DNA of 38,198 nt from Candidatus Kerfeldbacteria bacterium RIFOXYC2_FULL_38_9 (GTDB lineage: Bacteria > Patescibacteriota > Patescibacteriia > UBA9570 > XYC2-FULL-38-9), in NCBI GenBank assembly GCA_001818355.1, contig MHKJ01000034.1:12723-50920 (forward strand), read 5' to 3'. Every line of letters begins with the position of its first letter. Position 1 is the first letter of the stretch. Shown piece by piece: positions 26,273 to 35,168 of this stretch. The notes beneath the pieces are model-generated. The model was not told the DNA's origin. It did not search any database and saw only the letters and a program-made list of their open reading frames with translations. The position numbers and the translations under genes were made by a program.

Positions 26273-26335
26273 AAATTTCAGGTACACTTGAAATTTAGCA
26301 TTTTTTTTCATATATTTCAGGTACACTTGAAATTT
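26273..26335. promoter_or_regulatory. Two copies of a 22-bp palindromic box upstream of uvrB (candidate operator)
   Basis: ATTTCAGGTACACTTGAAATTT occurs at 26275..26296 and identically at 26314..26335, a 39-bp period. Each copy is an imperfect palindrome (AAATTTCA..GT..AC..TGAAATTT). The second copy ends 45 nt before ATG 26381. Confidence 0.6.
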
Positions 26336-26380
26336 TTATATATTTACTTGAAACGATTATGGTGTAAGGTATAACAAAAC

Positions 26381-28350
<1,970 letters not shown>

Positions 28351-28354
<4 letters not shown>

Positions 28355-28773
28355 AGAAAACGGTTTTAGTTTTCGGTACGTTTGATTTATTCCATCCGGG
28401 ACACCGATTTTTTTTGCAAGAAGCTAAAAAGCACGGTGATTTTTTAGTGGTGGTGGTGGCGCGAGATCAAAATGTAAAAAAAATAAAAGGAAAAAAACCA
28501 AACGAAGACGAGAAAACCAGAAGAAGCCTGGTCGCCAATTTTTCCGCAGTAGACAAGGCGATTTTAGGCTATCAAGACTGGAAAAAACACGAACAAGTTT
28601 TACAAGACATAAAACCAAATGTTGTTTGTTTAGGCTATGATCAGCAGGCAAAAATAGCGCCAGGCACCTGGGAAATAGTACGCCTACCATCTTTTCATCC
28701 GGAAAAATACAAAACCTCTCTTTTGGTTAAAAAAACCCCAAGAGAAGCTACCAAAAAAAATTTTCACAAATAG
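28351..28773 (+). CDS. Cytidylyltransferase-fold nucleotidyltransferase (RibL/TagD-like)
   Basis: VLVFGTFDLFHPGHRFFLQEAKKHGDFLVVVVARD carries the HxGH signature. 140 aa. Overlaps uvrB by 4 nt (ATGA). Confidence 0.7.
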
Positions 28774-28810
28774 ACCATAAGACGCTCTTGCCAACCAATA
28801 TTGAGTTCGC

Positions 28811-28913
28811 CTAACTACCTATATACCAGTCAACCCCACCACTGTGGATAATGGAGTTGATTTTGTTCTTGATAAGGCTTGTTGTTTTTCCAAACAGCCC
28901 TGTTGATTTTTAG
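28811..28913 (+). repeat. ~103-bp direct repeat, copy 1 (contains a terminator-like hairpin)
   Basis: Hand alignment to 30826..30926 gives 9 mismatches plus a 2-nt indel; the last 53 nt differ at 1 position. Preceded by and overlapping GCCTAAC (28809..28815). Hairpin AAGGCT..AGCCC(T) with a T-rich tail at about 28874..28910. Confidence 0.85.
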
Positions 28914-28950
28914 TTTTTTGTTAGCTAAAATTTAAGGTATGATACAGGAG

Positions 28951-28987
28951 TTAACGTAACACTAGTGGTGCGGGCGTTATCGGAAAT
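28951..28987 (+). repeat. 37-nt intergenic element, copy B (TTAACGTAACACTAGTGGTGCGGGCGTTATCGGAAAT)
   Basis: Same 37-nt architecture as copies A and C. The ends TTAACG / CGTTAT are near reverse complements. Ends 26 nt before ATG 29014. Confidence 0.6.
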
Positions 28988-29013
28988 TTCATTAATAATT
29001 TACTTTTATCAAT

Positions 29014-29646
29014 ATGGTTTCAGAAAATTCATTATCACCCTTGTATCAATTTATTCAAGAAGTACAAAAATTAAAGTATATTGATAGAGCGGTTTTGGCA
29101 ACTGAGAGCAGGAAAGAAAGTTCTGCAGAACATTGTTGGTCAGTTGGAGTTATTGTATGGTTTTTGTCAGATGCTTGGAAAAAAGAATTTAATACTGACA
29201 TTGATGTAAACAAAATCATTAAGATGGCTTTAATGCATGACATTATCGAAGTTCGGGTTGGTGATGTTTCGGTTTGGGACAAAAAAAAGAGATTACAGAT
29301 TGAACAGAAGGAGAGGGACGGCTTTATGTCTATCATAAGTACTCTGCCAACTTCTTTACAGACAGAATTGGCATCATTATGGAATGAATTACAAGAAGGA
29401 CAAACTCTGGAAAGTAAAATGGTGAGTGGTGCTGATAGGTTAAGCGCTGCTATCCAACGTTTGATTACTAAACAAGGCTGGGTCACAGAAGGTCATAATG
29501 AAAAGGATTTGGATGGTATTCAATTACCAAAAATAAACTTTAGCAAAGTTCTCCTTTCTTTCTATAATGAAATAAAACAAGAATCGTTTAATAACGGTTT
29601 ATTAGAAAAATCCTCATCTGATGAAATTTCCGATAACAGCAAATAA
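29014..29646 (+). CDS. HD-domain phosphohydrolase, YfbR-like 5'-deoxynucleotidase family
   Basis: LKYIDRAV...ESSAEHCWSVGVIV...MALMHDIIEVRVGDV...GADRLSAAIQ fits the H...HD...D metal-ligand pattern and spacing of the YfbR/HD_3 group. Confidence 0.7.
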   Translation: MVSENSLSPLYQFIQEVQKLKYIDRAVLATESRKESSAEHCWSVGVIVWFLSDAWKKEFNTDIDVNKIIKMALMHDIIEVRVGDVSVWDKKKRLQIEQKERDGFMSIISTLPTSLQTELASLWNELQEGQTLESKMVSGADRLSAAIQRLITKQGWVTEGHNEKDLDGIQLPKINFSKVLLSFYNEIKQESFNNGLLEKSSSDEISDNSK

Positions 29647-29664
29647 ACGCAATTGCTTCACATC

Positions 29665-29738
29665 GGTTGTGATGTTATGCTAACTTTATCACAACCTTGT
29701 TTCGCAACTGGTGTTTACCTGCGAACGTTAGGTGAAAT
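29665..29738 (+). repeat. Intergenic element, copy D, with an extra perfect hairpin
   Basis: GGTTGTGAT (29665..29673) / ATCACAACC (29688..29696) with CTAAC in the loop (29680..29684). Then CGCAAC-N12-GCGAAC-GTTAGGTGAAAT (29703..29738). TTCGCA/TGCGAA inner stem. Ends 16 nt before ATG 29755. Confidence 0.65.
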
Positions 29739-29754
29739 TTCTAAAAAATTATTT

Positions 29755-30369
29755 ATGAACAAGCTGGAAAAATTTATTATCAATCCAACAAATGAATTTC
29801 ATATTCTTAGGCACTTTAGATATGTAGATGATTACTACAAAAAAACTCTTATTGGACAACTATATTGGTTTTATGACTACGGTCAAAAGAAGTTTGTTTC
29901 TTCGAAAATTTCGCAAATTGACATTGAAAATGCTCTAAAAACAATCGGCACTAAATTTGAAAAAAATATTATTGGTATTGAATCCCCAAAAAAACCACTA
30001 GAAATAATCAAGAATAGATTTCAAGAATTACTATCGAACAACAAAATTTATTGGATTGATAATCTCGAATACAAAACTATTGCATTTACATTTGATTACC
30101 AATTTTTTGTGGGCCAAATGAATTGTTTAAATAAGGATAGTATTCTTGAAAGAGACAAAAACCGAATCAAGCCGGTTTTGAAAAGTAAATGTGCAGGAGA
30201 AAATGCAGTTATTGTAAATACTATTTCCGACATAGAATTATCTTCTACAAAATCAATCCATGTAGAAATCGTTGAAACAAAACAACTACCGTTTTACACA
30301 ATAACCGCATTTCCAGATTGTTCACTTTCAGATGACATTCCAGATGAAAATATTGTTTTTGTAGTATAA
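29755..30369 (+). CDS. Hypothetical 204-aa protein (orphan)
   Basis: ORF 29653..30369 opens at TTG inside the palindromic element, so ATG 29755 (MNKLEKF) is preferred. No family recognised. Confidence 0.5.
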   Translation: MNKLEKFIINPTNEFHILRHFRYVDDYYKKTLIGQLYWFYDYGQKKFVSSKISQIDIENALKTIGTKFEKNIIGIESPKKPLEIIKNRFQELLSNNKIYWIDNLEYKTIAFTFDYQFFVGQMNCLNKDSILERDKNRIKPVLKSKCAGENAVIVNTISDIELSSTKSIHVEIVETKQLPFYTITAFPDCSLSDDIPDENIVFVV

Positions 30370-30413
30370 TTTTTTAGAAACACCACATACACATCTTCAC
30401 ATTAAGTCAAAAT

Positions 30414-30425
30414 GTTAGGTGTAAT
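30414..30425 (+). repeat. Right-end motif of the intergenic element (GTTAGGTGTAAT)
   Basis: 11/12 identical to GTTAGGTGAAAT at 29727..29738. Ends 14 nt before ATG 30440. Confidence 0.5.
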
Positions 30426-30439
30426 TTTTTCCTTTAACC

Positions 30440-30829
30440 ATGAAAGATATAATAATTAAAAAATCAGAAAAGCATTGCCGCGGCGTTTTTGTTGCTAGAA
30501 ATTTTAAAAAAGGCGAAATAGTTGTTCCTTGGGTAGTCAAAAAAATTCTTGATAAGCAAGAATTATCATCATTAACACAGCAAGAAAAAGAATATGTTTC
30601 AAAAAGAGAGGACGGCAAATATGTTTTGTTTGCAGAGCCTGCCTGTTGCGTTAATCATTCTTGCGATCCAAACACAAAATCAGAAAACAATGCCAATGTA
30701 GCAATACGAGATATTAAAAAAGGTGAGGAAATCACCACGGATTATGAATTAGAAGGAGCGCTAAACAAATTTAAGTGTTCTTGCGGTAGCAAAAATTGCA
30801 GAGGCTCAATCGGAGAAAATTACATCTAA
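30440..30829 (+). CDS. Minimal SET-domain protein (putative lysine methyltransferase) with post-SET Cys cluster
   Basis: GRGVFA-like CRGVFVARNFKKGEIV, NHSCDPN, GEEITTDY, and C-terminal FKCSCGSKNCRG (CxCx4C post-SET). 129 aa. Confidence 0.8.
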   Translation: MKDIIIKKSEKHCRGVFVARNFKKGEIVVPWVVKKILDKQELSSLTQQEKEYVSKREDGKYVLFAEPACCVNHSCDPNTKSENNANVAIRDIKKGEEITTDYELEGALNKFKCSCGSKNCRGSIGENYI

Positions 30830-30926
30830 CTATCCATATACCAATCAACCTCACCACCGCGGATAAGGGTTAATTTTGTTCTTGATAAGGCTTGTTGTTT
30901 TTCCAAACAGCCTTGTTGATTTTTAG
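30826..30926 (+). repeat. ~103-bp direct repeat, copy 2 (contains a terminator-like hairpin)
   Basis: Starts within the stop codon region of the SET gene (ATCTAAC 30824..30830). Hairpin AAGGCT(T)GTT / AAC-AGCCTT at 30887..30914, followed by GTTGATTTTT. Confidence 0.85.
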
Positions 30927-30961
30927 CTTGGTTGTGGTATTTTTAAGATACTTTATTTATT

Positions 30962-30998
30962 CTAACGCAATACTGGCGCTAGAAACGTTGGGTAAAAT
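30962..30998 (+). repeat. 37-nt intergenic element, copy C (CTAACGCAATACTGGCGCTAGAAACGTTGGGTAAAAT)
   Basis: Ends CTAACG / CGTTGG (5 of 6 complementary), with a central near-palindrome CTGGCGCTAG. Ends 24 nt before ATG 31023. Confidence 0.6.
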
Positions 30999-31022
30999 TA
31001 ATTTTAGTAAAACCACAAAACT

Positions 31023-31394
31023 ATGCTGGTTGTTAAAACAAAGATAAAAGAAATAAACGGAAAGGGGATCGGCTTAATTGCTGATCAAGAAATTAAAAAA
31101 GGTCAACCAACCTGGGTTTTTAATTCCGTTATTGATATAAAAGTTAACAAAAAAGACATTCCTAAATTTGCAAAAGAATTTTTTGAAACGTATGCTGTTG
31201 ATATAGGAAAAGACTATGTTTATTTAAATATAGACAATGCCAGGTTTAAAAATCATTCCAACAATCCAAACACAAAAAGCCTCGGGTTATACAAAGACAA
31301 CATTGCTACAAGAGACATTCATGTCGGAGAAGAAATTACCATTGATTATAACGAAATTGATGTAAACGGAGTTGATTTTAATACTGAAAATTAA
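31023..31394 (+). CDS. Minimal SET-domain protein, second divergent copy (no post-SET cysteines)
   Basis: GKGIGLIADQEIKKGQ, RFKNHSNNPN (NHS.xPN), GEEITIDY. 123 aa. Confidence 0.7.
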   Translation: MLVVKTKIKEINGKGIGLIADQEIKKGQPTWVFNSVIDIKVNKKDIPKFAKEFFETYAVDIGKDYVYLNIDNARFKNHSNNPNTKSLGLYKDNIATRDIHVGEEITIDYNEIDVNGVDFNTEN

Positions 31395-31402
31395 GTTATT
31401 CA

Positions 31403-31435
31403 GCCTAACTTGACGAAGCAAAGGAAAGGTGAGAT
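31403..31435 (+). repeat. Degenerate copy of the intergenic element (GCCTAAC-N18-GGTGAGAT)
   Basis: GCCTAAC as at 28809. GGTGAGAT resembles GGTGAAAT of copy D. Ends 13 nt before ATG 31449. Confidence 0.4.
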
Positions 31436-31448
31436 CTTATAGTATCCT

Positions 31449-34400
31449 ATGAAACACTTTTTTATTTTTATTAGCATAGCAGTAACTTTTGGCTGTTTTT
31501 ACACCACAACAGCAGCTTTGGCTATGAAAACCACGGTTGTCTTTCATGAAGAAGAAGGAATAGAAAGAAAAAATGAGCCGGTCACTTTCGGTGTCCCCCT
31601 AACACAAAAGGCTAACATTTTAACTACGAATAATTTTGGCGTATTTGATGGCACCGGCACGGAAATTCCCGCTCAATTTACAGTTACCGCTCGTTGGGGC
31701 GGCACCGCAGACAATACCAAGCTACCCATTCGTTGGGTGTTGGTAGATACCCAGGTTAATGTTTCCGGAAATAATATTGCTACTTATACTATTTCCAGCA
31801 AAAAAGGCAGGGGCAACGCCACCGGTGCCACAACCGGTCTTTTTCTTACAGAAGATGCCAATTATTATACTATTCAAACCGGTGCCACAACCTTTCGTTT
31901 ACGTAAAGATAAATTTAACGGTTTTGACCAGGTTATTACCGCAGATAACCAAAAAATTATTGACTCTTCGTTACAAGACGGATTAAAGATCGTGGATAAA
32001 AACAACAACACGCATTACGCCAGCGAAATAAATTTCTCCGATATAGCGCCGGCCACCGTCACTGAAGATTTTGACAGTAATACTAACGGACAAAAAAAAT
32101 ATTCTTACAACAATTATCGTTTTGGTTCGAGTGTAGAGAGAGAAGGGGCTATGCGCATTCGTTTGCGCTACCACGGAAAGTTTGCCGGTAGTTTTTCCGA
32201 TGAATCTGTTTCCGGCAATAGCGACGAAGCCAATTTAACAAATTACAGCTGGCAGTATAAAGAAAACGAGGTGTCTGGTGACGACGAGATTGAGTATACG
32301 GTTTTGTTGGATTTTTATGCCGGTACCGGATTTGTACGTGCCTATGTTACTTTTGAAAATAACAATTCTTGCTTAATTGGCGATACCACCTGGACCTGTC
32401 AAGGGCAAGGTTCTTATAACAGTGTGACCGTAGAAGATTTTTCTTGGTTGGTTACGCCGAATTTAAAAGATCAGGCTTTGTCTTATAAGGTTTTTGGTGA
32501 AGACCAAGCCTATCAAGGGGCTTTGAATAATAACGAGAATATAAATTTATACCAAGACTCTTCGGGTGGGAAAAATTGGGATTATTATCAAAATTTAGCA
32601 CCGCGTCTAGGGGCATATTCTAAAAATAAAGCCTACACTTTAAAAAAAGACAGTACGGTTTTAAGCACCGGCGGTACGCGAGCACTTGGCTGGTTGGATC
32701 TTAACGACGGTACAAACGGGGTAGTGATAGGGGTGCGAGATTTTTGGCAAAATTTTCCCAAGGCGGTTTCTGCCACCAATGATTCTGATAACAGTGCCAC
32801 GGTGCGTCTTGGTTTAATGCCTGCAGAATTTGGCGCTTTGCATACTTTGCGAGCCGGCGAACATGATACCCAAGAAGTCTTTTTCTATTTTCATAACCCT
32901 GGCCAGCCATCGGCAAATACCATTGCCACAAGTTTCAACAACCCCCTCATTCCGGTATTGCCGGCAAAATATTATCAAAAAACCAAAGCCCTGGGATATT
33001 TACAACCATTTTCCGGTCAAACAGAAAACACGGGAAGTGATTTTGATCAATGGACAGCTTATGATGCTTACAACGCCGCCAGCATTGATACCAAAGTGAG
33101 CTCTTATTATCAAACTACCGGTGGTGACATTAACAGTATTTTAACTAACATTGAGAATTATGATTTTTATGGCTATGCCACCTATGGTTATCACCCCTCG
33201 GATTATGAAGCCAGAACCGGAACGGATAACCATAAATATGATTTTAATAACGGACAGTTAGTGCAGTTTGCGCGCACCGCTTTACGAGATTTTACCTACG
33301 GAAAGATTTGGTGGAACATGGCGCGCACCGCTAACGAGGCCATGGTTGATTCTTGTGTTTTGCATGAACCGCATGCCTTGCAACACCTTTGGCGCGGAGG
33401 TTGTGTGCAACATATTTTTCATGATCAGCCGCAGATCGATCAATTTTTAAGACAGTTGGGAGCGCCCTCGCCGGTGGTGGCCGGAGGCATTGCCGGTTGG
33501 AGTAATTATTATTTTATGACCGACTACCAAAAAGCCAAAGAGGCGGCAATAGAATATGCTAATCAATTGTTGTGGCGCTGGGACAATCGTAATGGCGACG
33601 GTTCTTTTTTACAAACCCTGCCCGAACGAGAACTGGCCAACGGTTTGCGTATTTTTGTTGACACCTACCAATTAACCGGCGAAGAAAAATATTATACCGC
33701 GGCTAAAGAAATTGTTACCGGAAATGAGCTTTCCGGTCGCGAAGGGTATTATTTGCACTGTAAAAATCCAGGCGCTTGCACAGATGCGGAATTTAGCGCC
33801 ATGTATGAATCATTGGGTGTTTCAGAGGGTGACTATGATCAAGTGCGCTCCCCGATTACTTTTTGGAAAGAAATGATGATGGAAAGCCTAGGGTTATTTT
33901 TAGAAGTATCCACTGTTCGTGATGAACAAAACAGCGCCGCACACCAGGCGGCTTTTACGGCGCTTTCTGATCGAGCAGATTTTTTTACTAATTATATTTT
34001 AAAGACCAAAACCAAACAGCAGATGATTGATGAAGTAGCCGGAGGCTCGGCCGAGATAAATTTTTTACAAAACGACGGTCTAAAAAATTATACCTTTGTA
34101 CCTTATCATTATGCTTTAAACGGCAGTGGTGATAATGTGGACGGCAATGATTTTCAAAACGACGAAACAAATCTTTCCAACTTTCATTTTTTTGGTGTAG
34201 ACGGCTTGGCCTATGCTTATAAATATACCAATCGACAACAATATTTGGACACCGCTACGGCCTGGTATCAAACTTTGGCGCGCTATCCTTTTTCTTTGGG
34301 TTGGGATAATAGACGCTATGCGCAAATCAAGGAAGCCGGCAAATGGGCGGAATACGGCCGTACTTATTTGGGTATTTTGACAGAGAAAACCGCAATTACG

Positions 34401-34856
34401 CAAAAAAATAAAAAATACTTTTTACGCATTTTGCCGCACCATAAAGGAGTGGTGGCGATTTATGAAAAAGGCACTAAAAAGAAAATTGCGCAATTTCGAG
34501 TTTTTAAAAGAAAAATCCAAGCCAGTTTATACGCCTCAAAAAATAATTGGTATGTAGTAGCCATGCCATTGAAAAAAAGTAAGCAGTTAAGAGTTTTTTC
34601 TCTTCATGGTAAATTGTTACATAAAATTAGGTTAAATAAAAAAAAGAAAACACATCGCATATTAGTAACCAATGTTGTAAAGAATAACTCAGCTAAAGAA
34701 TTGGTGGTGGCCAGAAAATTTAAAAAAGCCATAGTTTTATTTAAATTTTTTGTTTTAGATGATCAGGCTCACGTTCAAAAAATTCTCCAAACAACCAAAT
34801 ACCTGAAAAAAGCCAAACCCTTGTCAAAATTAAAACTAGGTGCTATTTTAAAATAG
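31449..34856 (+). CDS. Large secreted protein, possibly PcRGLX/YetA-like polysaccharide-lyase fold, with a Lys-rich C-terminal tail
   Basis: Signal peptide MKHFFIFISIAVTFGCFYTTTAALA. N-terminal NEPVTFGVPL...GTEIPAQF...ARW...IRWVLVD and GWLDLNDGTNGVVIGVRDFWQNFPKA resemble the first domains of exo-rhamnogalacturonan-lyase-like proteins as I remember them. The last ~150 aa are K-rich with (R/L)VF...GK strand-like repeats. Confidence 0.6.
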   Translation: MKHFFIFISIAVTFGCFYTTTAALAMKTTVVFHEEEGIERKNEPVTFGVPLTQKANILTTNNFGVFDGTGTEIPAQFTVTARWGGTADNTKLPIRWVLVDTQVNVSGNNIATYTISSKKGRGNATGATTGLFLTEDANYYTIQTGATTFRLRKDKFNGFDQVITADNQKIIDSSLQDGLKIVDKNNNTHYASEINFSDIAPATVTEDFDSNTNGQKKYSYNNYRFGSSVEREGAMRIRLRYHGKFAGSFSDESVSGNSDEANLTNYSWQYKENEVSGDDEIEYTVLLDFYAGTGFVRAYVTFENNNSCLIGDTTWTCQGQGSYNSVTVEDFSWLVTPNLKDQALSYKVFGEDQAYQGALNNNENINLYQDSSGGKNWDYYQNLAPRLGAYSKNKAYTLKKDSTVLSTGGTRALGWLDLNDGTNGVVIGVRDFWQNFPKAVSATNDSDNSATVRLGLMPAEFGALHTLRAGEHDTQEVFFYFHNPGQPSANTIATSFNNPLIPVLPAKYYQKTKALGYLQPFSGQTENTGSDFDQWTAYDAYNAASIDTKVSSYYQTTGGDINSILTNIENYDFYGYATYGYHPSDYEARTGTDNHKYDFNNGQLVQFARTALRDFTYGKIWWNMARTANEAMVDSCVLHEPHALQHLWRGGCVQHIFHDQPQIDQFLRQLGAPSPVVAGGIAGWSNYYFMTDYQKAKEAAIEYANQLLWRWDNRNGDGSFLQTLPERELANGLRIFVDTYQLTGEEKYYTAAKEIVTGNELSGREGYYLHCKNPGACTDAEFSAMYESLGVSEGDYDQVRSPITFWKEMMMESLGLFLEVSTVRDEQNSAAHQAAFTALSDRADFFTNYILKTKTKQQMIDEVAGGSAEINFLQNDGLKNYTFVPYHYALNGSGDNVDGNDFQNDETNLSNFHFFGVDGLAYAYKYTNRQQYLDTATAWYQTLARYPFSLGWDNRRYAQIKEAGKWAEYGRTYLGILTEKTAITQKNKKYFLRILPHHKGVVAIYEKGTKKKIAQFRVFKRKIQASLYASKNNWYVVAMPLKKSKQLRVFSLHGKLLHKIRLNKKKKTHRILVTNVVKNNSAKELVVARKFKKAIVLFKFFVLDDQAHVQKILQTTKYLKKAKPLSKLKLGAILK

Positions 34857-34889
34857 CTTGAAAAAGGATTATTAAATTATTTTTAAAAT

Positions 34890-35156
34890 ATGCCAAACAT
34901 TGAATCAGCTAAAAAAGCTTTGCGTCAAAATAAAAAAAGAACCATTCTGAATTTAACCAAAAAAAGAAAAATCAAAGAATTGGTAAAAAAATTAGAAAAA
35001 TCTTTAGTAGCGAGCGAAAAATCAGCAGGAGAAAAATTGTTACAACAATTACACAAAGCTTTAGATAAGGCCGGAAAAACCAACACCATTCATCCTAACA
35101 AGGCCAGTCGTTTAAAATCCAGAGCTCAAAAAAAGTTTAATGCTTTAAAAAAATAA
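34890..35156 (+). CDS. rpsT: 30S ribosomal protein S20
   Basis: MPNIESAKKALRQNKKRT... Basic 88-aa helical protein. Confidence 0.92.
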   Translation: MPNIESAKKALRQNKKRTILNLTKKRKIKELVKKLEKSLVASEKSAGEKLLQQLHKALDKAGKTNTIHPNKASRLKSRAQKKFNALKK

Positions 35157-35168
35157 ACAACCAGCGCG

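Noticed and set aside
26275-26335. Possible mini-CRISPR (identical 22-bp direct repeats).
   Set aside because: There are only two copies, with a 17-nt spacer between them. The repeats are short and sit in a promoter-proximal position, and there are no cas genes in the window. An operator interpretation fits better.
26096-26374. 92-aa ORF spanning the glycosyltransferase 3' end and the uvrB upstream region.
   Set aside because: Its C-terminal half is just the translated pair of 22-bp palindromic boxes. It overlaps a well-supported gene in another frame.
29653-29754. TTG start at 29653 for the orphan ORF, which would give 238 aa.
   Set aside because: The first 34 codons would translate the perfect hairpin and the conserved intergenic element. 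The homologous elements elsewhere are clearly non-coding, and ATG 29755 follows at the usual distance.
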